This document shows positions 1 through 9,758 of a DNA stretch of 64,000 nt, one piece after another. Source of the stretch: Promethearchaeia archaeon (GTDB taxonomy: Archaea > Asgardarchaeota > Lokiarchaeia > Sigyniarchaeales > SOKP01); contig JAHQWJ010000014.1 in the NCBI GenBank assembly GCA_029856125.1, positions 32,001 through 96,000 on the forward strand. The letters are read 5' to 3'. Positions within the stretch are counted from its first letter, which is position 1. Each line of letters starts with the position of its first letter. The notes under the pieces were generated by a model. That model was given only the letters and a program-made list of their open reading frames with translations. It was not told where the DNA came from and did no database searches. The position numbers and the translations under genes are program-made.

Positions 1-80
1 ATGGAATAGGATTAGGAGCCTTCTTTCTACTTGGTGGAGGCACTTTAGGATTAGTCGGTAGTATTCTACCTCGAGAATAA
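1..80 (+). CDS. 3' end of a membrane protein (partial)
   Basis: Frame from nt 3 reads GIGLGAFFLLGGGTLGLVGSILPRE* (TAA 78-80), followed by a T-tract. Confidence 0.6.
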   Translation, partial: GIGLGAFFLLGGGTLGLVGSILPRE

Positions 81-107
81 GAAATAATAACATTTCTTTT
101 TTTTTTA

Positions 108-776
108 TTAACTTTTGTTTAAGATGGACTCTAATATTTTAATATCTTCACGTTTGTTAATATTTTTAAATGACAAAAGGTTAGGATCTAATTTTTTAAT
201 GTCTTGTTCAATTGAGATGTAGTTAATTTTCCAATTTGGGGCAATAATCCTCGTCAATTTATAATGCTTTTTTTTTAAATTTCTTAACGAGGTTTCATAC
301 GCTTTTCCAATAGGATAGATTGCGAACAAAGGTTCTAAAAACTTGTTTTTCCATTTTGGGATACAGCAATCAAATCCATCGCAATGATTTATAATATTCT
401 CAATAACTTCGGATTTAACTAGAGGATTATCGCAAGAAAGCACAAAAACTTTTTTATAGCCTAATTTCTGGAGTTCTTTAAATGTAGTATAAAGTCCGAT
501 TAGTGGTGAGCTTATTTTTTGACTTATACTAATCTCGTAATCATCTACTATAAATGCTGATATGTCCGTGTAGTCAATTTCATTTAGATAATTTTGAACT
601 TGTTGTTGTGAATTAGCTATGAGGAAAATATCACGCTTAAAGCGAGATACCGTTTCTAATAGGTAAGAAATAAAAGATTTTCCTCGATAGATAAAGAGTC
701 CTTTATCCGAACCGAAACGTATACTCTTACCACCGATAAGTATAGCAAAAGCAAGATATTTATTTGTATCGTTAAT
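108..776 (-). CDS. mobA: Molybdenum cofactor guanylyltransferase (MobA-like NTP transferase)
   Basis: The track ORF 108..443 extends upstream in frame to LAFAILIGGKSIRFGSDKG, then SPLIGL, LSCDNP, EPLFAIY and FKNINK. Probable ATT start at 776. Confidence 0.85.
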   Translation of the reverse strand: MNDTNKYLAFAILIGGKSIRFGSDKGLFIYRGKSFISYLLETVSRFKRDIFLIANSQQQVQNYLNEIDYTDISAFIVDDYEISISQKISSPLIGLYTTFKELQKLGYKKVFVLSCDNPLVKSEVIENIINHCDGFDCCIPKWKNKFLEPLFAIYPIGKAYETSLRNLKKKHYKLTRIIAPNWKINYISIEQDIKKLDPNLLSFKNINKREDIKILESILNKS

Positions 777-901
777 TTCTTACCAACTTTCTTAAAAATT
801 CACTAATAATCTATTAAATCAAGTAATAAAAATAATAAATCATTTAAATTAATAGCAGATGAACTAGATTTTTAATTCTGATTATACCATATAGGAATAA
901 A

Positions 902-2425
902 ATGGCTCTTAATTGTAAAAAAAATCTTAAAATAGACAAGCCTATTGAACAATGTGCCGTATTTGGTGTTGCAAGCAAAGATAAAACTTTTACAATCTCA
1001 AGGCAGCTTTACCTTGGGCTTATTTCTCAACAACACCGCGGTCAAGAGTCCACTGGAATATCTATCCTGAAAACCGGTGGTTCAATTGTTACTTATAAAA
1101 ATAAAGGCTTAGTTTCTCAAGTATTAAATGATAAAGCTCTCTCTAAGTTGTGGGGAAATGTAGGGATTGCTCATAACCGCTACGCTACAACTGGAGCTCA
1201 AGAATACGATTCATTAGAGTATATTCAACCTTACCATTTTAAAAACGATGAAATCGAATTTTCATTAGCGTTCAACGGAACAATTCCAAACTACCATGAA
1301 TTGAAACAAGAGTTAGAGGCTCACGGTCGAATTTTCATAACTAACACTGATACAGAAGTTATCGCTCAATTAATAGCTTATACTGCAAATAAAACTGATA
1401 GCTGGCCCGAGATATTGAAAGAAATGAGTAAGTCTTTAGATGGGTCCTATTCACTCCTAATATTGACGAGTGAAAGCGATATTTATGCTATTAGAGATCC
1501 TTTAGGTTTTAAGCCTTTATGCATTGGAGAAATGATAACTAAAGAAAGAAAACATTACATAGTCTCCTCTGAATCCTGCGGCATTGATGTTGTCGGCGGT
1601 AATTTACTTAGGGATGTAAGGCCAGGAGAGATAATTCATTTAAGTAGTGAGAAGGGAATTCATTCAGAAATGGTTATAGAAAGCGAGAGAACTGCCCTTT
1701 GTCAGTTTGAATTCGTATATTTCGCTCGTCCTGATTCAATTATAGATGGAGTCTCTGTTGCTCAAACTAGGCTACAGTTAGGGATTAACCTTGCCAAAAA
1801 CGATCCAATTCTGGCTGATCCTCATTTTAGAGAAAATGCTATTGTGGTTCCAGTACCCGATTCTGGACGAAGTGTCGCCGTAGGTTACGCACAGGAAGCA
1901 AAATTACCTTACATGGAAGGGCTCATGAAAAATCGCTATGTGTGGCGCACGTTTATAATGCCTGGACAAAAAAAAAGAGAAGCGGCAGTTAAAGAGAAAT
2001 TAAACCCTATAAAAATTTTTGTTGAAGGGAAGAACGTAATTCTTTTGGACGACTCGATTGTAAGAGGTACTACAACAAAAAAGATTATATCCTTAATTAG
2101 AGAAGCTGGTGCCTTATCAGTAAATGTAAGGATAAGTTGTCCTCCTGTAATAAGACCGTGTTATATGGGTATCGATTTTCCTACAACCTCTGAGTTAATA
2201 GCTGGTCGTTTTAAAGAATTATACGGAAATGAAGCATATATCGATGAAATTAGGAAAAAAATCGGAGCAGATTCTCTGAGATATCAAACTATCGAGGATC
2301 TAATGAACGCAATAGGAAAAGGAAAAGACCAGCTATGTATGGCTTGCCTTACCGGAATTTATCCATTAAAATCTGTAAACAGGATTATAGAATTCGAAAA
2401 GGCTATATCGTCTAATAGAAACTAA
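902..2425 (+). CDS. purF: Amidophosphoribosyltransferase with propeptide, catalytic Cys and FeS Cys ligands
   Basis: EQCAVFG, QHRGQES, HNRYAT, LLDDSIVRGTT, SCPP, CYMGIDF, CMAC. Confidence 0.95.
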   Translation: MALNCKKNLKIDKPIEQCAVFGVASKDKTFTISRQLYLGLISQQHRGQESTGISILKTGGSIVTYKNKGLVSQVLNDKALSKLWGNVGIAHNRYATTGAQEYDSLEYIQPYHFKNDEIEFSLAFNGTIPNYHELKQELEAHGRIFITNTDTEVIAQLIAYTANKTDSWPEILKEMSKSLDGSYSLLILTSESDIYAIRDPLGFKPLCIGEMITKERKHYIVSSESCGIDVVGGNLLRDVRPGEIIHLSSEKGIHSEMVIESERTALCQFEFVYFARPDSIIDGVSVAQTRLQLGINLAKNDPILADPHFRENAIVVPVPDSGRSVAVGYAQEAKLPYMEGLMKNRYVWRTFIMPGQKKREAAVKEKLNPIKIFVEGKNVILLDDSIVRGTTTKKIISLIREAGALSVNVRISCPPVIRPCYMGIDFPTTSELIAGRFKELYGNEAYIDEIRKKIGADSLRYQTIEDLMNAIGKGKDQLCMACLTGIYPLKSVNRIIEFEKAISSNRN

Positions 2426-2444
2426 CTAATCTACCTAAAAAATG

Positions 2445-3842
2445 CTACTCTACTCCATCCCAACAATATGTGCATAGTTTTTCCTTTGGCAACCCAATAG
2501 CTTTAACTAAGTTTTCTAACTTCTGATATTTTAACGTCGTTAAATGCAACTTTTCGCGAATAACATTGACCATTGCCTTATAATTATCAGACTCTGGATT
2601 TGTATATTCTACTGGGTTCTCTAAATCTCTGCCGATTAAATCTTTAATGGCCCATCTTCCTGCTAAATCTAGCTCAGAACGAGATCGAGAGAAGTTTAAA
2701 AACTTACATCCGTAAACAAGTGGAGGACAAGCAGTTCTCATGTGTACTTCTTTTGCTCCTGATTCAAACAACCTTTCAACTTGTCTTCTCAATTGAGTAC
2801 CTCTCACGATCGAGTCTTCGCAAAAGAGAAGACGTTTATCCGCGATAAGCTCTTTAATTGGTATAAGTTTCATCTTTGCGACTGTATCTCTAATGGATTG
2901 TTCTTGAGGCATGAAACTTCGGGGCCATGTTGGCGTATATTTTACAAAGGGTCGAGCATAGGGAATTTGTGCTTCGTTAGCGTAACCTAATCCATGAGCT
3001 GTACCCGAATCTGGGATCCCTGCTACGAGATCAATCTCCAGATCATCTTCTCTTCGTAGATAAGCACCACATTTATACCGAACAGATTCAACATTTATAC
3101 CCTCATAACTAGAAGCAGGATATCCATAATAGACCCATAAGAAAGAACATATTTGCAATTTATTACTTGGTGCAACCTTTTGTTCGAAACCCTTTTCACC
3201 TAGAAAAACGATCTCTCCAGGTCCTAGATATTTTGTTATTTCAAAACCAAGATTAGGGAATGCACAAGTTTCCATTGCAACAGCATAAGAACCGGGCTTT
3301 TCAGCTATAACGAGAGGTGTTCTACCTAGTGAATCGCGCGCAGCGAATATCCCTTTATCAGTTAAGATAAGAAGGGTACACGAACCATCGATCAAACTTT
3401 GAACCTTTTGAATACCTTCTTCAAATGTCGCTGCTTGGCTAATTATTGTTGCTACCATTTCCGTAGGGTTGATTTCTCCTCCATGCATTTCTGAGAAATG
3501 AGTTCCATTTTGTAACGCTTCGCTTGCGAGTTCTTCTAGGTTATTAATTTTACCTACTGTTGAAATGGCAAAAACACCTAGTCGTGAATTTATTATTAAG
3601 GGTTGATCTTCGTAATCGCTTATTACTCCTATCCCTTTATTTCCATGCATTTTTTTGATATCTTTATCGAATTTAGATCTAAATTGGCTCTTCGTTATAT
3701 CCTTGATGAACCTTTGAAAGCCACCAGAGTTTTTTACAGCCAAACCACCTCTCTTAGTTCCTAAATGCGAATGATAATCAGTACCATAAAAAAGGTCTTC
3801 TACACAGTCCGTATTCGAGAAAACGCCAAATAATCCTCCCAT
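2445..3842 (-). CDS. purF: Amidophosphoribosyltransferase-like paralog lacking the N-terminal Cys
   Basis: N-terminus MGGLFGV; GIPDSG, EDSIVRGTQ, TACPP, LCTYCWDG. Confidence 0.85.
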   Translation of the reverse strand: MGGLFGVFSNTDCVEDLFYGTDYHSHLGTKRGGLAVKNSGGFQRFIKDITKSQFRSKFDKDIKKMHGNKGIGVISDYEDQPLIINSRLGVFAISTVGKINNLEELASEALQNGTHFSEMHGGEINPTEMVATIISQAATFEEGIQKVQSLIDGSCTLLILTDKGIFAARDSLGRTPLVIAEKPGSYAVAMETCAFPNLGFEITKYLGPGEIVFLGEKGFEQKVAPSNKLQICSFLWVYYGYPASSYEGINVESVRYKCGAYLRREDDLEIDLVAGIPDSGTAHGLGYANEAQIPYARPFVKYTPTWPRSFMPQEQSIRDTVAKMKLIPIKELIADKRLLFCEDSIVRGTQLRRQVERLFESGAKEVHMRTACPPLVYGCKFLNFSRSRSELDLAGRWAIKDLIGRDLENPVEYTNPESDNYKAMVNVIREKLHLTTLKYQKLENLVKAIGLPKEKLCTYCWDGVE

Positions 3843-3965
3843 CTTTTAAATCACATCCACTAAGTATTGTATTTTATTAGAATTATTAAAATGAATTATT
3901 AATATGATAAGATTTGACAGTATAGTATTTTTTTAAGATTATACATAAAAAAAAATTGAATAACA

Positions 3966-5048
3966 CTAAATCGCTCCAGGTATCATCTCTCTTTCAAATC
4001 GAACCATTGTAAGTGCTTTTTCCGGACAAGTGACTGCACATAATCCACATCCTATGCATTTATCTGGATTTATTTCGGCTTTATCGTTTATAGTGATTGC
4101 TTCAAATTTACAGCGCTCTAGACATGTCCCACAAGCAACACATAATTCTTCGTCGACTTTTGAGATAAAATTAGCTCGTGCTATAGCTCTGGGATTATCT
4201 AGCCTTGTTAATCCTTTTAACATACCACAGCAACATTCACAACATGCGCAAAGGATAGCTGTATTTTCTGCTCTATTATCCGTACAGTGAACTAATCCGA
4301 TTTCAGCAGCTTCTCTGGTTAAATTTTTAATTTCTTCCTTCGAAGCCTCTCGAATTATAGGATCATCCATTGCTAAAACCGCTTTAGCAATAGGCCCTAT
4401 AAGTATACAGTTATGAATAGGATATTTATCTGTACATTCTCTTATGCCTTCTAATCCTGCCCTCATCCTACAAGGACAAGGAATTACAGCAAAATCATCC
4501 CACTTGTCGATTACGCTATAAACTTCCTCAATAGGTAAAATTTCTCTTTCAGGTTCGATTTCCTCACTAACAGTCAGTACCCGCATTCTCGGAGTTCCCT
4601 TTCTACTGTTTTGCCAAGTTTTATAATAACCCTCTTTCTCATAGAAGTGATGACTAAGCTCTGCAAATTTTATAGCTTCTTCCTTATGGTCTTCGTAATT
4701 CTTTTTCAAGATAAAAGGCATATCATAGATGAATAATGGCATTGGTTGTGCATACTGTTTACCAATATTTATAACAAATCCTCTTTTTGCTGGTTCTTCT
4801 AACATTTCTGCTAGTTTGCTTTTATTAATGTTTACTTTTTTAGATAGTCTGACTATTGACATAGTTCCAGGAAAAACAGGTAGTTCTTTGACTATTTCAG
4901 CTATTTTAGGATTGTACATTAAGCTTAAGTATTCCAAATATGTTCCTGTTGGTTCTCCATTTTCGTCTTTAGGATAAGATTGAGAGGATCGTTCTAATTT
5001 TTTTGCAATTTTAATAAGATCTTCTTTATATTCTTCTGATGCTATCAT
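3966..5048 (-). CDS. 4Fe-4S dicluster domain iron-sulfur protein
   Basis: IPCPCR, CACCECCC and two C-terminal CxxCxxCxxxC motifs. Confidence 0.8.
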   Translation of the reverse strand: MIASEEYKEDLIKIAKKLERSSQSYPKDENGEPTGTYLEYLSLMYNPKIAEIVKELPVFPGTMSIVRLSKKVNINKSKLAEMLEEPAKRGFVINIGKQYAQPMPLFIYDMPFILKKNYEDHKEEAIKFAELSHHFYEKEGYYKTWQNSRKGTPRMRVLTVSEEIEPEREILPIEEVYSVIDKWDDFAVIPCPCRMRAGLEGIRECTDKYPIHNCILIGPIAKAVLAMDDPIIREASKEEIKNLTREAAEIGLVHCTDNRAENTAILCACCECCCGMLKGLTRLDNPRAIARANFISKVDEELCVACGTCLERCKFEAITINDKAEINPDKCIGCGLCAVTCPEKALTMVRFEREMIPGAI

Positions 5049-5118
5049 TTAAATTCATTTTAAAAGCTGGTTTTATAGTTAATAGTAATTTAAGATAACA
5101 GATAAAATTAATTAAAGT

Positions 5119-7515
5119 TTAAAGCGAATGCTTGAAAAGTCCACCAATTAATTGGCCTGTACTAACTCCGGCGTCTCCTGGAGGTATTTTATTGTGTTCT
5201 AAAAAGATCAATCCTTTTTTTAAAACTGTTTCTTTAATTGCATTTGAAAATAAATTGTTATAAGCTACTCCTCCAGTTAAACCAATTCTATCAATCTTAT
5301 TAAGATCAGCAATTAATATGGCTATATCTGCAAAAGCTTCTGCAAAAACCACGTGAAATTTTGCCGCTATATCATTTCGATTAACACTAGGATTTTCAAG
5401 GAGGGTTAAGACATTCATGACTAATTCTGAAGTATTTATGAAAAACATTCCATCTTTTTTGTAATATTTAATTTCTAAGTCAATTCTATCTGGATTCCCT
5501 TTTGAAGCAAATCCTTCAAGCTTCATAGCAGGTTCACCTCTATAGGTTTTAAGGCTTGCCGCTCCTAAGAGATAGCTTATCGTATCAAATATCCTTCCAG
5601 CGGAACTCGTTAATGGTATGTTTTTGCCTAACGACGATTTTGTATAATGCTCAAATTGAGAAATAATAGCATTTAATTCCACATTTTCGTACTCCAAGTC
5701 ACTTGCTAATCTAATTCTTTCAAAAATTCTTTTGCTTTCTTTGTGTTCAAGAGAATTTAAAATAATGGACGCTGCCATTCGAGCTGGAAATTTAGTACAG
5801 CGATCACCTCCAATCATAGGTTGGTATTGTAATTGACCTAATCGTTCGTAGCCTTCGTAACCACTTAAAAAAATCTCTCCTCCCCAGATATTTCCATCGT
5901 CTCCATACCCAACCCCATCAACGCTAATTCCAACGATCTTCTCGTCCAGATTTATGCTATTTTCTGCCATTAAACTTAAAATATGAGCATAATGATGTTG
6001 AATTTTATAGGTTTTAATATTGTACTGAGTAGATAGTTCTTGGGCTAGTTTGGTTGTTGTGAAGCTTGGGTGAGCGTCGCAAGCGATATAGTTTATCTCA
6101 GAATTTTTTATCTGTAGCAACTTTTTCATATGGTGTAGAGAGTCTTTTAAAAAATCGTAGGTCTCTAGGTGAGTTACGTTTCCAATATGCTGAGTAGGAA
6201 AGATTCGATTGTTTCGCAGTATAGCCCCTGTGACGGCTAATTCCGGGCCAGTTGATATGGCTGCTGGTGTTTCTACTTCAAATGGTAATGCAAAATACTC
6301 TGGAACATAACCTCGTGATCGCCTTATGAGTTTCACTTTATCGTTATGTATCCTTAAGACGCTATCGTCTGCTCTTTGGTATATGGGTCTATTATGAAGT
6401 AGGAAGAAATCGGCTAAATTGTTGAGTTGATCAAATATCTTTTCGTTTTCAATTGCCATAGGGATATTTGACTTGTTCCCACTCGTATAAACTAATGGCT
6501 GTTTTCCAATATGGTCAAAAAGTAAATAATGAATACCTGAATATGGGAGCATAATTCCTACATTGTTTAAACCAGGTGCCACGAATTCGCTAATATTAGA
6601 GTCACTGAAATTACTACTTTTCTCTAAGAGCACGATTGGTCTTCGAAAAGATGTAAGAAGTTCTCTTTCTTTATTTGAAATCTTTAAATAATCTTCAAGA
6701 ATGTTTAAATTCGGAACCATTAAAGCAAACGGTTTATTCTTACGCTTACCTTTCCTCCTGCGTAGTTTTAAGATTGTTTTGTCATCGTTAGCAAGACAAA
6801 CCAAATGGACTCCACCGATTCCCTTAATTGCTGCAACTTCTCCTTCTTCTATCCTTTTCGCAGTTATCTTTAATATTTCCTCAATCGAATCTGTTTTAAT
6901 GGCATTTTTTCCTTTATCGTAAAGTTGATAATTAGGACCGCAAACGGAACAAGCAAAAGTTTGAGCGTGGAATCTCCTGTTTTGAAAGTCAGAATATTCT
7001 GCTACACACGATTCTGGTTTTGCCTCTTTACAGAAAGGAAATTTTATCATTGTGCTCCTTTCTCTATCGTAAGGCAGTTCTTTTACTGTCGTAAATCGTG
7101 GTCCACAAACGGCACAAGCAATAAAGGGATAATTGCTATACTTTTGTAAATCTGGGTTTCGCATGTCTTTCAAGCAATTATTACATATTGCAACATCTGG
7201 AGGTAAAGTTAGACTAATACCCCTTCCTTCTTCGCTGGCTTCTATTCTTAAATCGGTAAATATATCGCTTATTTCGCTTTCTTTAACAATGAGTTTTTCA
7301 ATAAATGATATATTAGGTTTCTTCTTTTTCACGTTATCAATAAATTCCTCAAAATCTTCTCGATTTCCTTGTAAAGTAAGCCTAACACCCGCATTTCCTC
7401 GATTAAGGATAACACCCTTTAAATCGTGATATCGTGCTAAATTATAAAGAAAGGGACGAAATCCTACTCCTTGAACTATTCCTGTTATTTCCAGATTATA
7501 AGTTATATGCTTCAA
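5119..7515 (-). CDS. hypF: Carbamoyltransferase HypF
   Basis: GIVQGVGFRPF acylphosphatase domain, CxxC zinc fingers, KGIGG, QHHYAH, DGVGYGDDG.IWGGE, PPGDAGVS.GQ. Confidence 0.97.
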   Translation of the reverse strand: MKHITYNLEITGIVQGVGFRPFLYNLARYHDLKGVILNRGNAGVRLTLQGNREDFEEFIDNVKKKKPNISFIEKLIVKESEISDIFTDLRIEASEEGRGISLTLPPDVAICNNCLKDMRNPDLQKYSNYPFIACAVCGPRFTTVKELPYDRERSTMIKFPFCKEAKPESCVAEYSDFQNRRFHAQTFACSVCGPNYQLYDKGKNAIKTDSIEEILKITAKRIEEGEVAAIKGIGGVHLVCLANDDKTILKLRRRKGKRKNKPFALMVPNLNILEDYLKISNKERELLTSFRRPIVLLEKSSNFSDSNISEFVAPGLNNVGIMLPYSGIHYLLFDHIGKQPLVYTSGNKSNIPMAIENEKIFDQLNNLADFFLLHNRPIYQRADDSVLRIHNDKVKLIRRSRGYVPEYFALPFEVETPAAISTGPELAVTGAILRNNRIFPTQHIGNVTHLETYDFLKDSLHHMKKLLQIKNSEINYIACDAHPSFTTTKLAQELSTQYNIKTYKIQHHYAHILSLMAENSINLDEKIVGISVDGVGYGDDGNIWGGEIFLSGYEGYERLGQLQYQPMIGGDRCTKFPARMAASIILNSLEHKESKRIFERIRLASDLEYENVELNAIISQFEHYTKSSLGKNIPLTSSAGRIFDTISYLLGAASLKTYRGEPAMKLEGFASKGNPDRIDLEIKYYKKDGMFFINTSELVMNVLTLLENPSVNRNDIAAKFHVVFAEAFADIAILIADLNKIDRIGLTGGVAYNNLFSNAIKETVLKKGLIFLEHNKIPPGDAGVSTGQLIGGLFKHSL

Positions 7516-7653
7516 GTAGAACCGTTAAAATCCATCTATATTTTAAAACTAATCTAATAAAGTATCCCTCAAAAATAAAATTAATATTTTATTATGATAA
7601 GAAATATAGAACAAACATGTAATTTCTAAGTAACTACACATATTTGATTTACT

Positions 7654-8526
7654 ATGACAAATAACGATTTAAGATGGGATATCCCTTATCACAAAGCTTT
7701 TTTCAAAACTAGTCATAATTCTTTCAATATTTCTGTTCGAAAACAACTCAATCACGGTGTTAGAGGGCTTGAATACGACATACACGACGATAGGATTCAA
7801 GAAGTTGGCGATTTTGAAGTATATCACTTACCCAAACATGTTGACGCTGCACTTAATGTAGACGGAAATCCTGGAGACTTATTGCTATCTAATTGGCTCT
7901 TATTATTGAAAGACTGGTCAAATGATCAGAGTAACCAACACGCACCTATAACTCTTTTTATCGAATTGAAAGATTGTATTGTTGACGCAAATAACGAGCC
8001 AAGTGAATTATATGGCATTAAAAGGTTAAATAAAGTAATTCTTGATACATTATCACCTAAATACCTATATTCTCATAGCGATTTTAGAAAAAGCGAATAC
8101 CAATGGCCAACAGTAGGAGAATTAAAAGGATGCGTAATTATTGTATTAACCAGTTATTGGGGCGGTTATTGGGCTTCCAGTGAAGGGGGGTTCGAATCCC
8201 GTTTACAATATTTAGACAACTGTCTGAAAGGTGAAGATGACATTTGCTTCGTATCTTGGATCGAAGAAGATCGCGGAAAACAAAAATTATTTATGAAAGA
8301 GAAAGCAACATTTTGGAAATGTAGCATAGAGCTTAGCACTAAAAATTATGAAGAGAATGTGAAATTACAACGATCCACGAGAGTTGATTTTGATAAAATA
8401 AGAATGGGGCGTCATGTGAAAACGTATTACGAAAAAAATTATAAAAGTGGTTTTAGAGCAAATTTCATGGCGACTGATTCTTGGGCGACAACAGAATATG
8501 AAAACTCATATCCTTGGTCGATTTAA
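7654..8526 (+). CDS. PI-PLC X-domain-like phosphodiesterase
   Basis: SHNSF, QL..GVRGLEYDIH, VYH, HAPITLFIELKD, WPTVGELKG. Confidence 0.7.
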   Translation: MTNNDLRWDIPYHKAFFKTSHNSFNISVRKQLNHGVRGLEYDIHDDRIQEVGDFEVYHLPKHVDAALNVDGNPGDLLLSNWLLLLKDWSNDQSNQHAPITLFIELKDCIVDANNEPSELYGIKRLNKVILDTLSPKYLYSHSDFRKSEYQWPTVGELKGCVIIVLTSYWGGYWASSEGGFESRLQYLDNCLKGEDDICFVSWIEEDRGKQKLFMKEKATFWKCSIELSTKNYEENVKLQRSTRVDFDKIRMGRHVKTYYEKNYKSGFRANFMATDSWATTEYENSYPWSI

Positions 8527-8528
8527 AT

Positions 8529-9668
8529 TCATAATGAATTATATAACGCTTTTATGAGCTTCTCACTACGAGGATCACCAGTGAGCGTTGAAACCATCTT
8601 ATTCATTACATAGCAAATGCTCAATTTCGCATCGAGGTCAACCGCTATTACAGAACCGCCAAACCCTCCCCAGTAAAATACGTTTGGGTTCGGACCGATA
8701 GGTAGTTCCTTACTTTGAAGCCCCCAACCTAATCCGAAACGAATAGGAACGTTTAACACTAAGTCAGTACCATAAGACTGCTCTTCAATTGATTGCTTAA
8801 TAGTTTTTTGGGATAATAGACGGACACCATCAAGTTCCCCACCACAAGCTAATGCTGCCGTAATTCGTGAGACGGATCTCGCATTTCCGTGACCATTAGC
8901 ACCGGGAATCTCAGCACTCCTCCACTCTCTAGTTTTTGTAGCCAGAACATCAATAATTGGATTAGTCAAACTTCTCATTGCAACTGATTTTGGATCGATG
9001 TCACCAAAAGTACTCAAATCTATTGGAGGAGGAGGTATTAAATCAGCAACTCTATCATCATGTTCTTCGGACAAACCAATGTGAAAATCTGCTCCAAGAG
9101 GAACTGCGACTTCTTCTCGAAAAAAAGTCCCTAGTGACTTTTTGGTTATGCGTCTTACTAATTCACCTAAAAGATGTCCAAAAGTTATCGTGTGATATCC
9201 GCTTTTAGTTCCTGGCTCCCACCAAGGTTTTTGAGCTGCAAGGAGTTCAACCATTAAATCCCAATTGTAGAGCTTTTTACTCCGAAAATGTTTATCCCAA
9301 CCTGCTAAACCAGAAGTATGACTAAGGAGATACCGAACTGGTAGGTTTTCTTTGCCTGCTTGTGCAAACTCAGGCCAATATTTAGCAACTGGAGCATCTA
9401 AATCCAATAATCCGCGATCTATAAGTATGTGAATGCATATTGCTGTCATAACTTTAGTTGTGGAGTAAACATTTACGATTGTATTTTTTTTCCACTCTTT
9501 AGTTTTAGCGGCGTTAGCGTAACCACCCCAAAGATCAACTACATGCTTGCCGTTGAGAGTTACAGCAAAAGAAGCACCAACCTCTAAATTATCGTCAAAA
9601 TTAGATTGAAAAACTTCCTTTACGGACTTGAATCGCTCCTCACAAAAACCATCAATTACACTTGTCAT
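8529..9668 (-). CDS. Serine hydrolase/esterase, beta-lactamase-related family
   Basis: STTK (SxxK), LLSHTSGL, PWWEPG..SGYH, WGGFGG. Confidence 0.9.
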   Translation of the reverse strand: MTSVIDGFCEERFKSVKEVFQSNFDDNLEVGASFAVTLNGKHVVDLWGGYANAAKTKEWKKNTIVNVYSTTKVMTAICIHILIDRGLLDLDAPVAKYWPEFAQAGKENLPVRYLLSHTSGLAGWDKHFRSKKLYNWDLMVELLAAQKPWWEPGTKSGYHTITFGHLLGELVRRITKKSLGTFFREEVAVPLGADFHIGLSEEHDDRVADLIPPPPIDLSTFGDIDPKSVAMRSLTNPIIDVLATKTREWRSAEIPGANGHGNARSVSRITAALACGGELDGVRLLSQKTIKQSIEEQSYGTDLVLNVPIRFGLGWGLQSKELPIGPNPNVFYWGGFGGSVIAVDLDAKLSICYVMNKMVSTLTGDPRSEKLIKALYNSL

Positions 9669-9758
9669 AGTTACACTTCAATAAAAGTGTATATAAAATT
9701 ATGCTATAAAATAGTAAAAATTGATAACTTAATTACTACAATTAAAAATGAGCAATTG

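Noticed and set aside
8185-8201. GGGTTCGAATCCC, resembling a tRNA T-arm
   Set aside because: It lies inside the PLC-like CDS (GGFESR) and no acceptor, D or anticodon arms are evident.
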